46,866 nt of DNA from Vitrella brassicaformis CCMP3155 (Eukaryota; Protista; Chromerida): assembly GCA_001179505.1 (NCBI GenBank), contig CDMY01000586.1, positions 1 through 46,866 of the forward strand, in the 5' to 3' direction. A program made the position numbers and the translations under genes. The notes beneath the pieces were generated by a model, which saw only the letters and a list, made by a program, of their open reading frames with translations, ran no database searches and was not told the origin of the DNA. Positions 45,519 through 46,866 of the stretch are shown here, piece after piece; the stretch's first letter is position 1; every line of letters begins with the position of its first letter.

Positions 45519-46298
45519 GGGGGGGGGGGGGGGGTGATTGCTTCTTCCTTCTTGGCTGCGTGCCCGTGGCCGCCCCAACCGCCCGCCCGACCAGTCAGTG
45601 TTTTTCCATACTTATCCACCCTCTCGCACGCACGCCATCGTACGTATCGATTTTCGTCTCGGCCCGCTTTCTACCTGACTGCCTGCCTGCCTTTCTGCCT
45701 GCCTGCCCGTGAGTGCCGTGTGGTGTGTGAGGTGTTGTCTGCCCCAGTTTTGCGCTTCATGTGATTCTAATTAGCGGAGAGGGAGGCGAGGGAAAAAGGT
45801 GCGTAGGATACGGACGTCGATGGTTGCCGAATGTGTGAGAGACTGCGAGTGTGAGCGTGTTGTGCGCTGATGATGGTGCATGAGTCGAGTGGCATGGCAT
45901 GGCATGGCGTGCCGACAACGGACAGTGTGCGTGCCTTTCGTTATGTATTGTATGTACGTAACGAAATGACTGCCCGAGGTGCATCCATCGCATGTTGGGG
46001 AGCAAATCAATTCGACGAGGTAGGTGTGCACATCACACACATTCACACGCGCGTCTCCTCCTATACTGAGCCAGGAAGGGGAATGCTACTGGCAATGACA
46101 CTGTTGTTTTGGTACATGATCAGTGGAGGCACGAACATACCGATATAAAATGTAGGCAGCCATGCCCAACACCACTACCTTGGCATCCCTCCCTCCTCCC
46201 TCCATCTCATGCTGACAGCCGTCTAACACCTACGCACCGACATGCTCAGGCCCTCAGGCGCGGCCCTCACATGATCTGCAACAACCAAGCCACACACA

Positions 46299-46866
46299 TT
46301 ACACAGAGCGATAAGTGGTGTCTCTGAATGCTGTGTGATGTGTCCCTCTGTCAATTTTGGCTCTTCTTACTTGCGTCGGACGATGCGGGCGACTCATCGC
46401 TGTCTTTTGCCGGCGCTCGATAAGTGGGCTGACGCTGATGGGACGGTGAGGTGCTGCTGCTGCTGCTGTGGCTGGTGTGTGTGGGCGGCTGTGGGCGTGT
46501 GTTGAGTTCCCCACAGCATGCCCCTCACCCACTTCACACACCTCGGCATCGACATGGTCCTCAGCTCAGATGTGGGATTCACAGGATCTGCAACAAGAAC
46601 CCACACAGACAGAGACCGATGAATGGTGTCTCTGCCCGTAATGTGCTGTGATATGTTGGCGTACCTTATGATTGTGCTCAAGTCCTCTCGCTGCCCCTCG
46701 TCCGCATTCATCCCGCCCCTTATCAGCACCAGCGCCATTTTGAGGTCCTTAACGGCCTCCGCCTCCGCCCTCGCGCCCTTCTGCCCCTCCTCACGCAGCC
46801 GCCCCTCCACCGCATCGACCAGCCATGTGTAGCGACCCTCTGCCGCCTCGCTCGTCAGGCCCTTCA
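46299..46866 (-). CDS. 3' end of an unidentified spliced gene entering from the window edge
   Basis: Helical, protein-like frame (...AVEGRLREEGQKGARAEAEAVKDLKMALVLIRGG...) followed by GT-AG bounded segments. No motif was recognised. Confidence 0.35.

Noticed and set aside
43270-46298. About 3 kb without convincing coding sequence, including G-runs flanking the gap
   Set aside because: It is dominated by microsatellites and low-complexity DNA typical of UTR/intergenic sequence here. Poly-G next to a fixed-size gap is more simply a sequencing dropout than a functional G-quadruplex.
1-46866. CRISPR arrays, rRNA, tRNA and prokaryotic operon-type systems
   Set aside because: There is no regularly spaced repeat-spacer array or recognisable structural RNA. 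Spliceosomal introns show the DNA is eukaryotic. A tRNAscan/Infernal run was not possible.

Overview
Eukaryotic, GC-rich, intron-dense DNA. The introns are short GT-AG introns filled with (GT)n, (CTGT)n and (ATGG)n microsatellites. A GAPM gene and a Mei2-like gene point to an alveolate, most plausibly a chromerid such as Vitrella (inference). About 17 spliced genes or gene fragments can be read: a tandem ubiquitin-like/TM fragment, a BTB/POZ protein, dynein light chain LC8, a signal-peptide GBP/atlastin-type GTPase, a palindromic pair of ubiquitin-like-domain genes, two ankyrin-repeat paralogs, IMP1 peptidase, a multi-cysteine coiled-coil protein, GAPM, a SAM-type mitochondrial carrier, NAD kinase, a tandem-TLDc protein, an RBR E3 ligase, a CNBD-type K+ channel, a Mei2-like RRM protein and partial unknown genes. 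The main unexplained structure is three consecutive, outward-facing inverted duplications (about 10.0-12.3 kb, 13.1-25.9 kb and 28.2-33.6 kb). In these, promoters, a first exon and a C-terminal tail are shared between unrelated genes, suggesting local recycling of housekeeping-gene parts by lineage-specific genes. No rRNA, tRNA, CRISPR array or transposase ORF was recognised. All exon models were derived by eye, so boundaries are approximate.
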